Below are positions 1 to 12,800 of a DNA stretch of 64,000 nt, one piece after another. A program made the translations under genes and the position numbers. The stretch is taken from the NCBI GenBank assembly GCA_040954595.2, contig CM082589.2, positions 4,106,213 to 4,170,212 on the forward strand, written 5' to 3'. The notes beneath the pieces were generated by a model, which saw nothing but the letters and a program-made list of their open reading frames with translations, searched no databases and was not told the DNA's origin. The first letter of the stretch is position 1; the number at the start of each line of letters is the position of its first letter. The stretch is from Balanoglossus misakiensis. Lineage: Eukaryota; Animalia; Hemichordata.

Positions 1-1134
1 AGGCAGAACATAGGAAGACGGGCACACGGTGTACAATTCAGTGTTTTTATGTCCAGGTTCCTTGTACTGTCACATGACACCCCGTCTTGCTTCACTGGAG
101 GAAAGTAGTAGCCCTCAGTGTTTACCATCACAACGATCTGCGGAGACACGAAATTGACACCTTTCAAGTGACGTAAAAAGCGTAATGGTAGACTGCAGTA
201 ATCAAGCTGTATCTCGCCAGTGATTTGTATCTTGATGTCAGAGAAGCAAACAATTCTCGTCCGCGCGTCTTGTGATTATTGGCCACCTTTTTAGTACATA
301 TAATGCGCCCTCAGAGCCAACCACAACCAAGATCGAAAGAGAGTGCGATCATTGTGTGTAACTGACGTTGCAGGGCTGGGTGTTTTTGGAAAATAAAATA
401 AGGTCACGCAGCAAGCGATGTTATGATGTGACAAACACTTCGAAATAAGGACACGGCAGTTGAATTGTGACCCCACAGCCTTTCTCAATATCTTAGACAA
501 TAGCCGAACGATGACATCTTTACAGAACTATTTGCCGTGATCTCTGACTTACGCATGATTCGTGTCAATGATTCCTTCTGGGGCATATTTGCTTAACTGA
601 CACATATTTTAACAAGATTTATTGTCTCTCGAGTCCACAAAGCTGATCTTTCTCAGAAAAGTAAACACTTGATATTGGTATTTTTATCTACATATGCGCC
701 GAACATGTACATGCATATTTTATTTATTTTTTTATTTTCAAAACTGCAAACCGGCTATGTCAGCGTACTGCATATGTATGTCTATCTCGTTCGTTTCTAA
801 AACCATAGACTCCCCAAAACGATTGATATGGTGAATACAATTTGGCTAAATATATCAGTATGGTTTAATTGACAACCAACAGTGTCGATCATCGTTCTTT
901 CAGCATGGAACAGTCACGGCTTTATGACCACCACTTTGTATTCAGTGTTTGAATAGTAGGTGTGGTGGCGCTGGTAAAGGTTTTATCACATTTTCTCACG
1001 CACTGGGGAAATTTCAACAAAGAAAATGGCTGGAGTGCGTACACTCGAAAGTTTAGTTATTTTTCCCCGTCTCTGGTGTATCTGACAAAGTGTATGAGTT
1101 CCTACTTCGGCGTATGTCTGGCATTCATGGTTCA

Positions 1135-1169
<35 letters not shown>

Positions 1170-1649
1170 TTCTGTCATTTTGACAAGGGGGCTGGCATTG
1201 GCATCACACTTCAGGACTTCGTTTAATTTGCAGTGTATGTTCGTCAGATCGTGCTTCAAACGTCAAGAGACACTTGTCAGTGAACAGGTGCATTTTTTTC
1301 ATTCGGTTTCAGGAAATGGAAACCTGAAAAATCGATGGTATGGCCTGGGCAACTTTCAAAGCATTGTCACTGCTGCCATGGTAGCTTTTTCACAATCGCC
1401 GCTTACATGCATGGGAGCCCTAGGGGTCATACGGACCCGGAAACAACAAGAGAAAAAACAGTAGAATTGTTTTCGGTGTGATTAATTTCAAAATTCAAAA
1501 TGTCGAATATTGATCCTTGACTTTGAGAAGTAGGCGAAAAGTGTTCTGTAAACATGCCTTACCGTTGCCAGTAATTGCAGAACAATTTGAATCCAAACGC
1601 GGGACCTTGTCAATGGGCCACGGGCATTCCTAACGCACGGCACAGTCAT
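1..1649 (-). CDS. Secreted protein, paralog 3 of the Cys-exon/ADAMTSL-type Ig cluster (5' part only; runs off the window)
   Basis: Exon 1 1649-1563 (ATG; MTVPCVRNARGPLTRSRVWIQIVLQLLAT; phase-0 donor ACG|GTAAGG). Exon 2 starts at 137 after ...tctccgcag and reads IVVMVNTEGYYFPPVKQDGVSCDSTRNLDIKTLNCTPCARLPMFC. Its LNCTPCARLP matches LNCTNCTRLP of paralog 2, and exon 1 has the same length (87 nt) and phase. Confidence 0.7.
1135..1167. repeat. (TGTC)n microsatellite
   Basis: Tandem tgtc run seen directly; lies in the intron of paralog 3. Confidence 0.9.
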
Positions 1650-2703
1650 CGTCGCACGGCTGTTCTCCAATAGCAATCAGAAGACTTCAAGCGGGGATCA
1701 ATTAACACCTGCCAAAACACTTCAACTTCATAACACGCGTTCCTAGTCACTCTGCGCCCATTCAATGTCAAATCAATGTGAATACACAGTAGCCGGACAC
1801 ATGCCTTAGGCGGAAGTAGTGACAATATACATGTATGTGACGCGGGTAATGACAGCTGTGGTATTGCTGTTAGGCTACTTCTCTGCGGGTCAAGGGTCGC
1901 TCAGTGAAGCAGGAGGGACAGTGGCGAAGATTTGTGTTATCGTTTCCAATGTAACTCTGAAGCGCTGTGTATGGTGAGTCCTTATTGAGTATATCCCTGT
2001 GATGTACCTCTTATTGACACTGTATTACAGGTCACATTCGCTATCATGGGCCCCATGATACAAAAAAATCTGATCTGGATTTTTTTAACATAATATAAAT
2101 CACAAGAATCACAGCAGAGTTGTTTTATTATGACTGCATTCAAGGTTACTCTATAGAAGAAGCAGTCTTCTTCATACTTGACCAAGTAACCTCCTTGATT
2201 GGTAATTTACGCTCAGCTTTGTTTTCAACTGTTGGATTGGAATCAACAGGTGGGTCCAGACTTTTCTGGTAAACCAATTGTTAGAGGGCGCTGTAACAAG
2301 CATTTGCACAACCTTTTTCCGTTCTAAGACCCTCACAGTTCAAGTTGAGTTCAATTACCAGCACATATATCCTGATTTCGACATGGTAGCCACTGTTTCC
2401 GTTAATGCTACTATCACACTCTAACATTCCGGAAATGCCTGTCAGAATTTCCTACCAGACGACGTGACGTGGTAGGTTTCAAGTTTCATATCAAGTTTCA
2501 TATTTCCCCGGTTACGTTAAGTTGGTGGCCATATTCCTTTGCAGCAAAGCTTTATTATTTATCTGGTTAAAACATTCATATGCACTCATATTTAGGGTTT
2601 ATAATACTTGTATATACTTCAGTGCATATATCTTTGTGGGCTAATGGTAGTACAGTTTGACAAAATAATTATGATAATTATGCCAAAAGTTGTAAGTGTT
2701 TGT

Positions 2704-4281
2704 TTATCTCCGCTGGTCAGTTGGTATTTTATGGACAGGAATATCTCTTGATGGGTCACTCAGCACGGTGAGATTGAAATCTTCTTCAGCAGATCTCACC
2801 ACACATGTGTAGATTCCCGTTGCTTTCTCATCAACGTTCTTCAGTTTCAGCCGGCCATCTTCGAGTACAATCACACCACCCTCTACGTCACTGACCACAG
2901 CTTCGCTCTGTTTCATCCAAACGATTTCCTGCTTGAAGAATATCTTCACCGGGCATCTGATGAAGACAGTCACGTGACGATACACGACAGCACTACCACC
3001 AACGTCGAACCTTAACTTTGCCTTTCGTTCTGTCTGCTTGTAGTGAGATTTGTTGGCGTAAATTATCGGATCTGTACAGAAAATAACAATTTGGATAAAA
3101 TTACAGATTGAACAATATTGGAAAACCCTGAACATGTTATTAGGTCGATAGAATGCTGCTCGTTTGACCCAGTATTAGCGTAAGTTCGCCTACCTCTTAA
3201 AGAGCCGGGCAATACGACGAGATTGAAATCTTCCCTGGCGCTGCGCACGACACAAGTGTAAACTCCCGCTGTGTTCGTGCCAGCCTTTTTCAGCTTGATC
3301 CGGCCGTCGCCAAGTATCGTTACACCGCCCTCTCCGTCGATGACACTGTTGTTGTCTTTCTTCCACGTGATTTCCTGCCTGAAGCGCCGCTTCACCGGGC
3401 ATCTCACGAAGACGGTTACTTTGCTGTAGATTACGGCACTGCCACCGACGACAAATCTCAGCTTTTTCTTGTATTCCGTCTGCCGGTAGTGAGATCGGTT
3501 TGCGTAAATAACTGGTATTTCCGGTTCAGGCTCTGTAATAATGACACAAATGACAAGATGATCAACGTGGTCAGAATAGTGGGTGAAGAAAACATGCATT
3601 TATACCACCAAACGCAACCTGAGGCAAACTGGAGATACTCAAATGGGCTGAATAATATCTTAAACTCTATTCTTCCCTTAGATGATCTATTAACTTTCAT
3701 TGTATAACCACTTCTCCCATCCATTGTATCACCTTACCTGTGGTTGCAGGCTGTTGTAAACAAAGTGGTCCACCGACATCACAACTGGGATGACCGGGTG
3801 GAAGCGGAAGATAGAAGTCGGGAAGTCGTGTACAGTTGGTGCAGTTTAACCCGCCACGGCCTGCGATCCCCCACTGAGCTACCCGAATACAGAATGTTGG
3901 GAAATCGTCCATGATATTTCCCATCGCACAGTGGACCTGTAGATATGGTTGGACAAAGTGATTACTAAGGATCCAAGGAACCGTAGCGTTGACTTTTCAA
4001 ACTTTCGATGTGGTGCTTCATTAATATGAGCATATAAATTGGTCAATCACATAAAAAAGGCCAATTTCTATACTGCTGTGTCTATATGCACGATTTCATA
4101 AGCAGTTTTACTGAGACTGGCGTTGACCTCCGTCTCGCCCACAGGAGATCAACTGTAGGCTTTATTGCTTCGTCTAAAAAGTGTACATACTTACCGCAGG
4201 GAAAAGAGGTGGGGATAGTACCAAGCTCAGAATCGCCATTACCAGTGATGCGCTAGATCTAATACTCATCCAGGGAGGCAT
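2704..4281 (-). CDS. Secreted ADAMTSL/MADD-4-like Ig-domain protein, paralog 2 (signal peptide, Cys exon, 2 Ig domains; ~330 aa)
   Basis: Exons 4281-4195 (MPPWMSIRSSASLVMAILSLVLSPPLFPA|GTAAGT), 3936-3738 (Cys exon), 3532-3194 (Ig), 3071-2704 (Ig, TAA). Phases 0/1/1 are consistent. The Ig pattern PVIYANRSHYRQT...LRFVVGGSA...VTVFVRCPVK...ITWKKD...DGRIKL...GVYTCVV resembles the ADAMTSL1/3 and MADD-4 Ig domain. AATAAA (minus) at 2556-2551. Confidence 0.85.
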
Positions 4282-4818
4282 CGCGTTCGCAAGCACACTA
4301 TACGGTATGTGGTCCACGCTGGATTAAATGGACCAGTGTGTTACTGCTTCTAGCTGCAGAGGCCGCGTCCGCCTGGCTTTGAGGAAGAACATGCGCACAC
4401 GTATCTTCTGTCACCGCACATTTCCGACAAAACAAAAACTCGGATATACATGTAATAAATTGATTGAGGGCAGTATAAACACGATAAACAAAAGTGGTCT
4501 TAAATTCCGTCTGGACGGAAGTCGTTTGACTATATTACGCCTGCCAACGGGTTTATGCAATAAACTTTAATGTAAAAATAGAACAGCTACAATATAAAAA
4601 TATTAATGAAAATAAAACAAAGCTACCTCTCAATCCGTAGTTTAGTAAGGATACCTGTAATATTGAATACGCTCATTCCAAATCCAGTTCATTGAATGTT
4701 AAAAATACCAAACCAGCCCACCAGCCAACGTTCAAGTGGCTCTTTTTATAAGGTTATACAATGAATTGTACAGAAATTGTCCATCTTGGTCACTTGAAGT
4801 GTGCGCGAGCATTGGACA

Positions 4819-7369
4819 CTATTCAACCAACTGTTTATACCGGAGGACATCTTGTATGAGAATATCTTTCCATCTCTTATTTCCGTACTTGCAGCTGTGG
4901 CAGCACACTTTCCTGAAGAGACCCAGATAGCAGATGTTGATGTTCTCGATGGTGGTGGCACAAAATGGCGACTGGTCCTTGCACTTGGCTGAATGAAAGA
5001 AAAAAAGGTTCCTGTTTCTAAAGAAAGATGGTGGATTTACTCATTATTGAAAGGCATCTCACATTTTACCAAGACTATTCGTCACTATCAGATTCATAAC
5101 GTGGGTTGATTCTTTCCATTTGCTGGTGAACTCTCACCTGAAACGTTCTTGTTGCGCGTTCGTCGACCTCGGTGCGTCTTCTTGGTTCTGTCTGGTCGCA
5201 CGCTCAGGTTGAGTTCTTCGGCTCTGTCGCTCGCCACGCATTTATAGACCGCCGAGGCGCTGGACTTCACTCTCCGCAGCTGCAACCTGCCGTCTGGGAG
5301 TATCTCCACTCTGCCCCTGCGGCCGACGATATCAATATCGTTCCTCTGCCATCGAACTGAGTTCCCGCCACCGTTGACGGGGCACCGTATCAACACTGTG
5401 CTGTCTCGGTTGACTGTCATGGAGTCGCCATTTGCAATGAGCTTAATTTTGTTGTGTTTTCCTTTCTTGGGAGGAGTTTTGTCTCTGTTCTTCTTCTTCT
5501 CTTTGTTTGATTCTTTCTGACCTGTGATGATTTCAAGAAGGCAGTTGCGTCAGTGTCTCCTTGCAAATGTCTTTTTATGACAATTTTTAGCCCAGGCAGA
5601 AGAAAGAGAACTACAGATTATTCTTCCAATATAACATTATTTGACCTACACACGTGACCCGTGACCACTTACCTTTAGGGGGAGGACGACCACGTGATAT
5701 AGTCAAATTGAAGTCTTCACTGGCAGTTCTTACTGTACAAGTGTAAATGCCAGTCGCGGTCTTGTCCACCTTTCTGAGTTTCAGCCTACCATCGCTGAGT
5801 AATTCTACACCGCCCTCACCGTCGACGACACTCCTATTCTGTTTCTTCCAAGTGATTTCCGGGCGGAGGGATTTCTTCACGGAACACCTGAGGAAGACGG
5901 TCACGTGACGGTACACGACGGCGCTTCCGCCGACGACAAATTTCAGTATCGTCTTGTGCTCTGTCTGTTGGTAGTGAGATCTGTTCGCGTGGATGACCGC
6001 TGCGCCTTCCGTTTTCTGACGCTCTGCTGAAAGTTCAAAGACAATGGTGACTACTAGTATGCCTGATCTCTTATGGTTAGTGGGGAGCCCGGCACTTCAT
6101 CATGACACCGACTCGTCGTGCGTTACAGAAGGGCTTACCTTTTCTAGTCGAAGCAGACAGACAAAGTTGCGTGTTACACTTTGTATTTCCTGGCTTGCAG
6201 TCAGTACACGTTACGCCTTTAATCTCAGACCCTGCAACCCGTCCAAAGATTGTTGGTCGGTCGTTCAATTCGTAACCGGCGGTCACCCCATAGTTCTGAG
6301 CAAAATTTGACAAACAAACCGACAGCAAATTAAATCAAAGTAAGATAGATGCCTACAGTTGTTAAGGATTTTAATAATTATTTAGATTATGAAAAAGGAC
6401 ATTCTTCTTGCACTTGAACCAAGCCTTCTTCTGTGCACGACAAAGTCTGGGAGAAGTCAAGATTCTATTTATTTCTCTGTTTACGCTGACTAGATTGGTT
6501 TAGCATGCTCGAACGCATCCACAACGAAAAGAGAACGAAATCGTGTTACGTAACTTTGGTTATCAAACGGTGGGAAATTGCCAGGTATTTCTCCCCTCAA
6601 TCCCGTTAATGAATTAGAGTAAATGCTCGCTTTATTGGCGCATTATAGTGCCTCCACTGGAGCCGCGGAAGTCAATAGCCATAAACGGCACTTGCGCAAG
6701 ACATCAATGGATCCATTAGCTGGAAGTTAAATCAGGCCAGTGGAAAGTGTTATCGTTATGGTTGAGTGGACTTTTTACCCAGGGATGTCCATCTTCGACA
6801 CACCCGCACTCCTTGGTACATTTCACTGGTTTATAAGCGATTAATATCAATCCATGAACACCTATGCGATATTGAGTTTTGTCAAAAAAAATTCTTACAA
6901 GTACTAGTATACTGATGATAAAGTTCATCCCTATCGGTCAATGTGCAAAACTCGAAAGTTAAGGTGGGACTGTATCAAAATACCGCACGACAAAAAGTAC
7001 TTCAATAATTGAAGAGAGCGTATTATAAGTGAGTGAATGTAGTATGGGCACATATAGTTGTTGACCGAGATAGTCTTCTGCAACAAAAGCTTGCGACAAC
7101 GTTAACTTTTCGTGTCAAATGGGAATGTGTTCAGCGGGTTGCGCAGTTGACCAAATCAGTGACTTCATGTTTATGGCCACACAAAGGCATGTCGCGCGTT
7201 TAAAAAGGAAAGAATTGTTTCTAGCAGTAAAAGTTTACAATTGGAATAAGGTATAGCGCGCCTTGGTCAGATTAGACAAATTTGCACTTACCGCTGTTGC
7301 AATACACAAAGCGATGACAAACACCGAGCAGGACCTCGAAAGAGGGGCACTTCTTCGTCGGGGAGACAT
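4819..7369 (-). CDS. Secreted ADAMTSL/MADD-4-like protein, paralog 1 (signal peptide, Cys exon, 2 Ig domains, C-terminal PLAC; ~380 aa)
   Basis: Exons 7369-7292 (MSPRRRSAPLSRSCSVFVIALCIATA|GTAAGT), 6295-6139 (Cys exon), 6026-5673 (Ig), 5521-5138 (basic linker + Ig), 4988-4819 (CKDQSPFCATTIENINICYLGLFRKVCCHSCK, a 6-Cys PLAC pattern, then TAG). All junctions are GT-AG and in phase. The PLAC exon is absent from the ORF track. Confidence 0.85.
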
Positions 7370-8022
7370 CGCACGGTCATCTGCGCAGGCGCTGCACGGG
7401 AAGTTAGGCTCCTTGGTCACTGTCGCTATCACACTGCAAACTTTCATATAATTTTCCATTTAAAAAAAATCGGTTACTTGAATACTCTGTCGCTGGAAAC
7501 CACACGCAAAGATGCAGGCAGGCAGGCTTAGCCACACAACAATTAACGAAGCATATTAATTGTATAGTACACCAGCACGGAGGTCAAGTAGTACCGGGTG
7601 TGTGTATTAACCCAAGTGTCATTCTCACGTCACATGACAGCATCGATTTGTGTCGTACCTACTTGCTATTTGAGTATACTACTCTTTATTCTTCGCCGTT
7701 TAATTCATGTGGCATTTACACGTCATTGTCAGCAGGCTGAAAATGGAACGTTGCCGAGTGTTTGAAATATTTCAAGTGAATGGTTGACTGTTATATGCAT
7801 ATTTGAACGCTATTTCTCATTGTCCGCTTCTACTTTTATTGTTCGAGTTTTATTGTCTTTAAATCCCCCTGATTACAATTACAACACAACTGACATAACT
7901 CTATGGTAGAGGTCAAATGCCAATTTCATAATGGGTCACTAATGATATGCAGCTAGTGCACCACACCTATAGCCTTGGCCCTTAACTTCAGTTTGCACCA
8001 GCAAAGTAAATATTGTTGTAGG

Positions 8023-9840
8023 TCACAATCTAGCGTCCCTAACCTCAGTTTCTTTCAAATCAAACTCAAACTTCGCAATGACTGCATCCAGGGCGGCGAT
8101 TGCCGAGATTGGCGGGCAGTCCTGCACGGTGGCGCCGCCGCCGCTCGGAATTTCCACGGTCAGCTTGGGCTTCCTGTTGGCAGTGACGTTTCCTTCTTGG
8201 TGTGAAGGTAAATCTTTTGTCAAGTCCACGGCGCCGCCAACGTCCGTTATGTTGTTGTTCTCCTGCAGGGCGAGGGTAGTCTCATCTTCCACAAGAATCG
8301 ACAACCGTCCACCGTCTGTATCTTCATCGCGACTGTCCAGCGACGTGGTCGTCGTGTGTCCGACCGAAGAAGAACCGTCGGCGATTTCTGTCGTTCGCAT
8401 GTAAGATGTGGTTGGCCGTAAACCAGTCCCGCCGTCGCACCGAAACACGTCCTGATACGTTTCAGCCCTCTTCAATTCAGTCTGTTTCTGCTCGGCAAGT
8501 TTCCGCCTGGGAGGGAGGGAGGGAGGGGGGGGGGAGAGTGAAAGAGAGAATGATGATGAAGATGGCGAACGAGTCCTGACTTCGAAAACGCCAAATGATC
8601 TTTGCTTTATGAGGGTGGGTGTAACCTTGTTAAATGAAAGGTGCATGGGGTCGATGTCCACTCCCTGATAATGTATTGCTTGTCAGCACGCCAAAGCCTT
8701 AGTCACCTAGTAACTGGGGGCTAGAAGGCACTTACCTGGCTTGAAGAAGAAGTATTGATACGGCCAGCAGAGAGCCAGAACAGATGACCAGTAACGAAGC
8801 GAAGACTATTGTGACAATAATAATACCTGGTTAAAATGCAAGAGAAGCAAATGTCAGCGAATAACAAAAGATATAATTTTTAAGTGACGATGATTTTTCA
8901 TTAAAAAATCGATCCATGAAAAAAAGACCATAACATCGTTTCGTATATCAACACTATGCCATCATGTGAATTTAAAAACAACGTGATATTATTGTACTCG
9001 GGTGCGCATGAAAAAATACACCGCAAAATAGCTCGCTCAAATTACCAACAAAGAAAATAGTCTACTCACTGTCACAGGTACAAGTTGAATCACCGGTCAC
9101 TGAAAATAAAATAAAATTCCTAGTGAATCATGTGATAACAAATTTCAAACTCTGACGATTCTGAGAGATAGCGCGCTTCTGTGAGCGCATCACATCCCTC
9201 AGTGTTGACAAATGCCCCCGATATACAATGATTTGCGAAACCTCGATCACCACACAGGCAACGCAAATTGGAGACCCACGACTGCTGGCTGGCACACGGA
9301 GCAGCATGTTGTACTAAATCTGAGGGACGTGCTATTGATATAATGATAGGGAGCTCGAGAACAGAATGTTAGTCAGTGTTGACATAGTGGGTGGGGAGTG
9401 GCGCGGAGTTGACTCTGAAAACAGTTTCGACAGGTACTTGAAACAATGGTAGTTCAGTAGTGGGAAATCCAGATATCGCCTGACATTTCGCGGACATTTT
9501 CCGCCACACGATAAATGTCGTTTGCGTTTCCTTGTTGCATGTATCTACATATGGCGAACTGAACAGTAGTAGTCTTCGGGACACCATCTCACCCCTACCC
9601 CCATCGTGACAACATGAATGCATTTTGCTTGTATGATTAGCGAAGGGTCCGGTTGGTAGTTGTCTACATTTTGCAGGAAAAAAAACACACATAAAACCTT
9701 GACACCCGCAAATATAATAGGGTCAGCCCATTGTTGTTAATATGGAAATAACCACCGATGTTCATACACTTACCACCTGTTGTTACGTCATCATAAGTCG
9801 CTGACGTCATGACTGCCGCTGTTGAGCCGTTGTAGGTCAT
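8023..9840 (-). CDS. Uncharacterised single-pass (type III-like) membrane protein, ~223 aa
   Basis: Exons 9840-9774 (gccATG; MTYNGSTAAVMTSATYDDVTTG), 9099-9070 (30 nt; VTGDSTCTCD), 8826-8736 (TM: IIIVTIVFASLLVICSGSLLAVSILLL), 8506-8023 (RRKL... cytoplasmic tail ending DARL*). Phases 1/1/2 are consistent and basic residues follow the TM segment. Confidence 0.75.
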
Positions 9841-12800
9841 GGCAGGCATGTGTGACCTCCGCAATATACGGGATAAGCTGGCCAGATATTATCGTCTGCC
9901 CAGGTTTTTTCGCAGAATGGTGTACAAGAACGACAGCCTCAAATTTACGATGTCACGTGGTTGGCTAACTGTACATAACGACGGTGAAATGCGTGATTCC
10001 GCTGCCTGCAGAAAAAGCCCTGTTGAGATCGAACTGTTGGAGTTAGCAAGTGGTCGTTTCCATGAACAGAATTATAAGCCTACCATTTCTTCAAGGCCGG
10101 GTTCTTTTTTCCTGCAAGGCGGGTGAAGACGTCATTGATGGAAAATGTCCTATTTTCTGCACTGGAAATTCCGTGCAAATCTGGTCATAAAACGGGGGTT
10201 TATAGGTGACGCTCTACGCTATGATGGATGACATGACATTCAACATGCTGCGTACATCAGCTTGCTTGCACAACGATCAGTGCCTCCGGGTATTAAAATC
10301 TGGCATTGTACAGAGCTTATTACACATATTTCAAGTGTACCACATGTTGCCAGCTTCATGACACGGAATCGAGATTATACCAGACAGTGAATTATGATTC
10401 GGTTTGTTGTTTTGATTAGTGGGTTGGTCGTGGGCCGTTGATATTTGTGATGGCAAATAAACGATGAACTTGTTCTTTGTTTATTTGATTGTTGAAATAG
10501 CTACTTGATCGACATATATACAGCCAGGTATCTGTTTATGGAGTTTATTGGACAAACTATGGAAGCTACCTCCACGGCCAAAATGATGACCAGCCCTGGC
10601 CAACAGACTGAGCATGTGAAACGCCGAGTATACTGGCACGCACGGTGCATATACCTTGCCCGCCACCATCGAGCGTCCGGGTGTGAAAAACAGCCCATCC
10701 CACATTCCGCGAAGAACCCCTCATCAAATGAACACAGTGCTGTAAAAATGTTGTTTGGGCTTCTACTAGGCACCCTGACATGTGTTGAATTCAGCATGGC
10801 TGTCGACCACGTGTACATGTACATGTAAATGTAAGTCCATGTACAGACAGACTGAGACACGGATGTAGAATGAACTCAAATTGTCAATACAGTCCGACAG
10901 TGGGCAATAGAAGGCGCATATACGATGTACTTCAAAGGGCACGTTTTTTTACAGAGGCTGCCCACCCAATAAATGTGTTCTATTCATACTGCATGTACTC
11001 AGTACGTGTCAATCGAAGGGTTTCCCGACTTACCTCACACCTGTCTAAGACGTCTTCGCGTTCGCGACGACCGCAGTTCAGGCTCAGAAAATTCCAGTAA
11101 TACGATCAAACCAGGAGAAACGTTTGTAGAGAAATGGGCTGTCTTCCCGAAACTGTAACCCTCACGTGTTCTAGCCTAACGTTTACTTATTGATGTATCA
11201 CCGTGTTTACTGACACTGACAGAACGACCTTTGACCCTGGCGTAAGCTTTGCCATTCCGTGCTGTGTGTGCGATAATCTCTTCAGTGCAACGTTCTGCTT
11301 TCAGCACACTGTATTACGTCACTTTACGTCACTGATTATTGTGCAATAGTGGCGAGATTGGCAATGACATTCACAGAAGACTGATTCTTTTGAATTAAGG
11401 GTTGAACTTCCTTGGCTATGTGTGGGAACTTTCTTTAATGGTAGAGATTATTTGAGACCTATATCCAGAAGTTTCACCATCGATACCTAATGGTTCACGT
11501 CTTATACAAGACAATAACTTAGGTTATTTGCTTGTTTATTTTTAGTTTATTAAAGTGCCCCGTGTGGACTTAGCCAGTACCTCCAGTCATTTACAGCGTG
11601 ACTGATGATAATTCATTCTCCCGAGCTTCTCCGGAAGTCCTCAAACAGTGAACAATGAAATCACTTCCGATTTACAGTCGAGGTTTTAAGGACACAAAGG
11701 TTGTTAATACCACCCATTTTACCACTGTCCGTTTTATGGGCCTATGTTCTTGCAAACCCCGAATGCATTTACCGAGGCACGTTCAAAAGCCCCCCCCCCC
11801 TATCCCGGGTCCATGGGGCGTTGATGCACTTCTCTGCCCATTAACGTGCCACAAACGATCACATAATTGTCCCAGTCACCTTTTGTCCAACGACCCAGGA
11901 AAGACGCAGAATTGGAATTCCACGAATGCCGGGCCACGTTCCCTTTATGTAAACCACTTGAGTATTCGTAGACCCTCCAACGTGGCAATCACAAAGGGGC
12001 AAGCAAAAATATTACCCCTTTTATACAGACGATTTAATCCGGGAATCGGCTGCGAAAACCTTCTAGGCCTATACGGGTATTTTACTTACTTCACTGTCAA
12101 ACAACCACGCGGAGCTCAGTTATATGTGTATTAATCGTCCGTCAGTTCGCCAGCGACGGTTGACTTCTTTGAAAAGTAACCACTAAATCGATTTGTCTCA
12201 GTCTTCCTTTCATTTACTTCAACAAATTAAAGACACTTCTTAAATGATTACTACACGACGGTTGGCGAGGTTGTAATGTCAAGAGTTTATAGCATATTTG
12301 TCCAACAAGTGAAAGTGGGCATGACGCAATGAGGCGTAAAGAGATATGACGCACATCGACAGCGGGGTGCGATTGCCATTCAAAGGAAAATATTAATGGA
12401 ACAAATTGCCCGTGTCACTTTCCCATTTCGTGTAGCAACAAGCTGTTTTCAGTGTTCCCGTGTAATTGACATTTCACGATGCCCGATAAAGCTCAATAAA
12501 AACAAGGGAATGTGCAGTATTTCGACCTTAGTATATTTGTGTGTGTTGAACATGAAACGACGAACAAATACATCCTTTATCACCATATTTATACAAGATT
12601 AAATGTTTTATTGCTCTTTTGCATATATCATATCAAACCAGGTGTGCTGTGTTATTGCAATTTACATAACTTAGCAAAATCAAAAGAAATAAAGAAAGAA
12701 AAAATTTGTGAGACTAAAACCACATGTAATGGCACCATAATAAAAAGAACATCCAATGAATCAGTCTGCAACTTACGTATTCCATGGGTTAAAGGTCACA

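Noticed and set aside
6716-6928. Cys-containing ORF (VKCTKECGCVEDGHPW) as an extra exon of paralog 1
   Set aside because: Its acceptor is phase 1 but exon 1 ends in phase 0. Direct 7292>6295 splicing is in frame and matches the paralogs' structure.
8507-8661. N-terminal part of the 212-aa ORF (SSSSFSLSLSPPPPSLPP)
   Set aside because: Translation of the intron's polypyrimidine tract; the real exon starts at 8506.
11655-12134. 159-aa plus-strand ORF
   Set aside because: No recognisable domain, poly-C run, no supporting splice structure.
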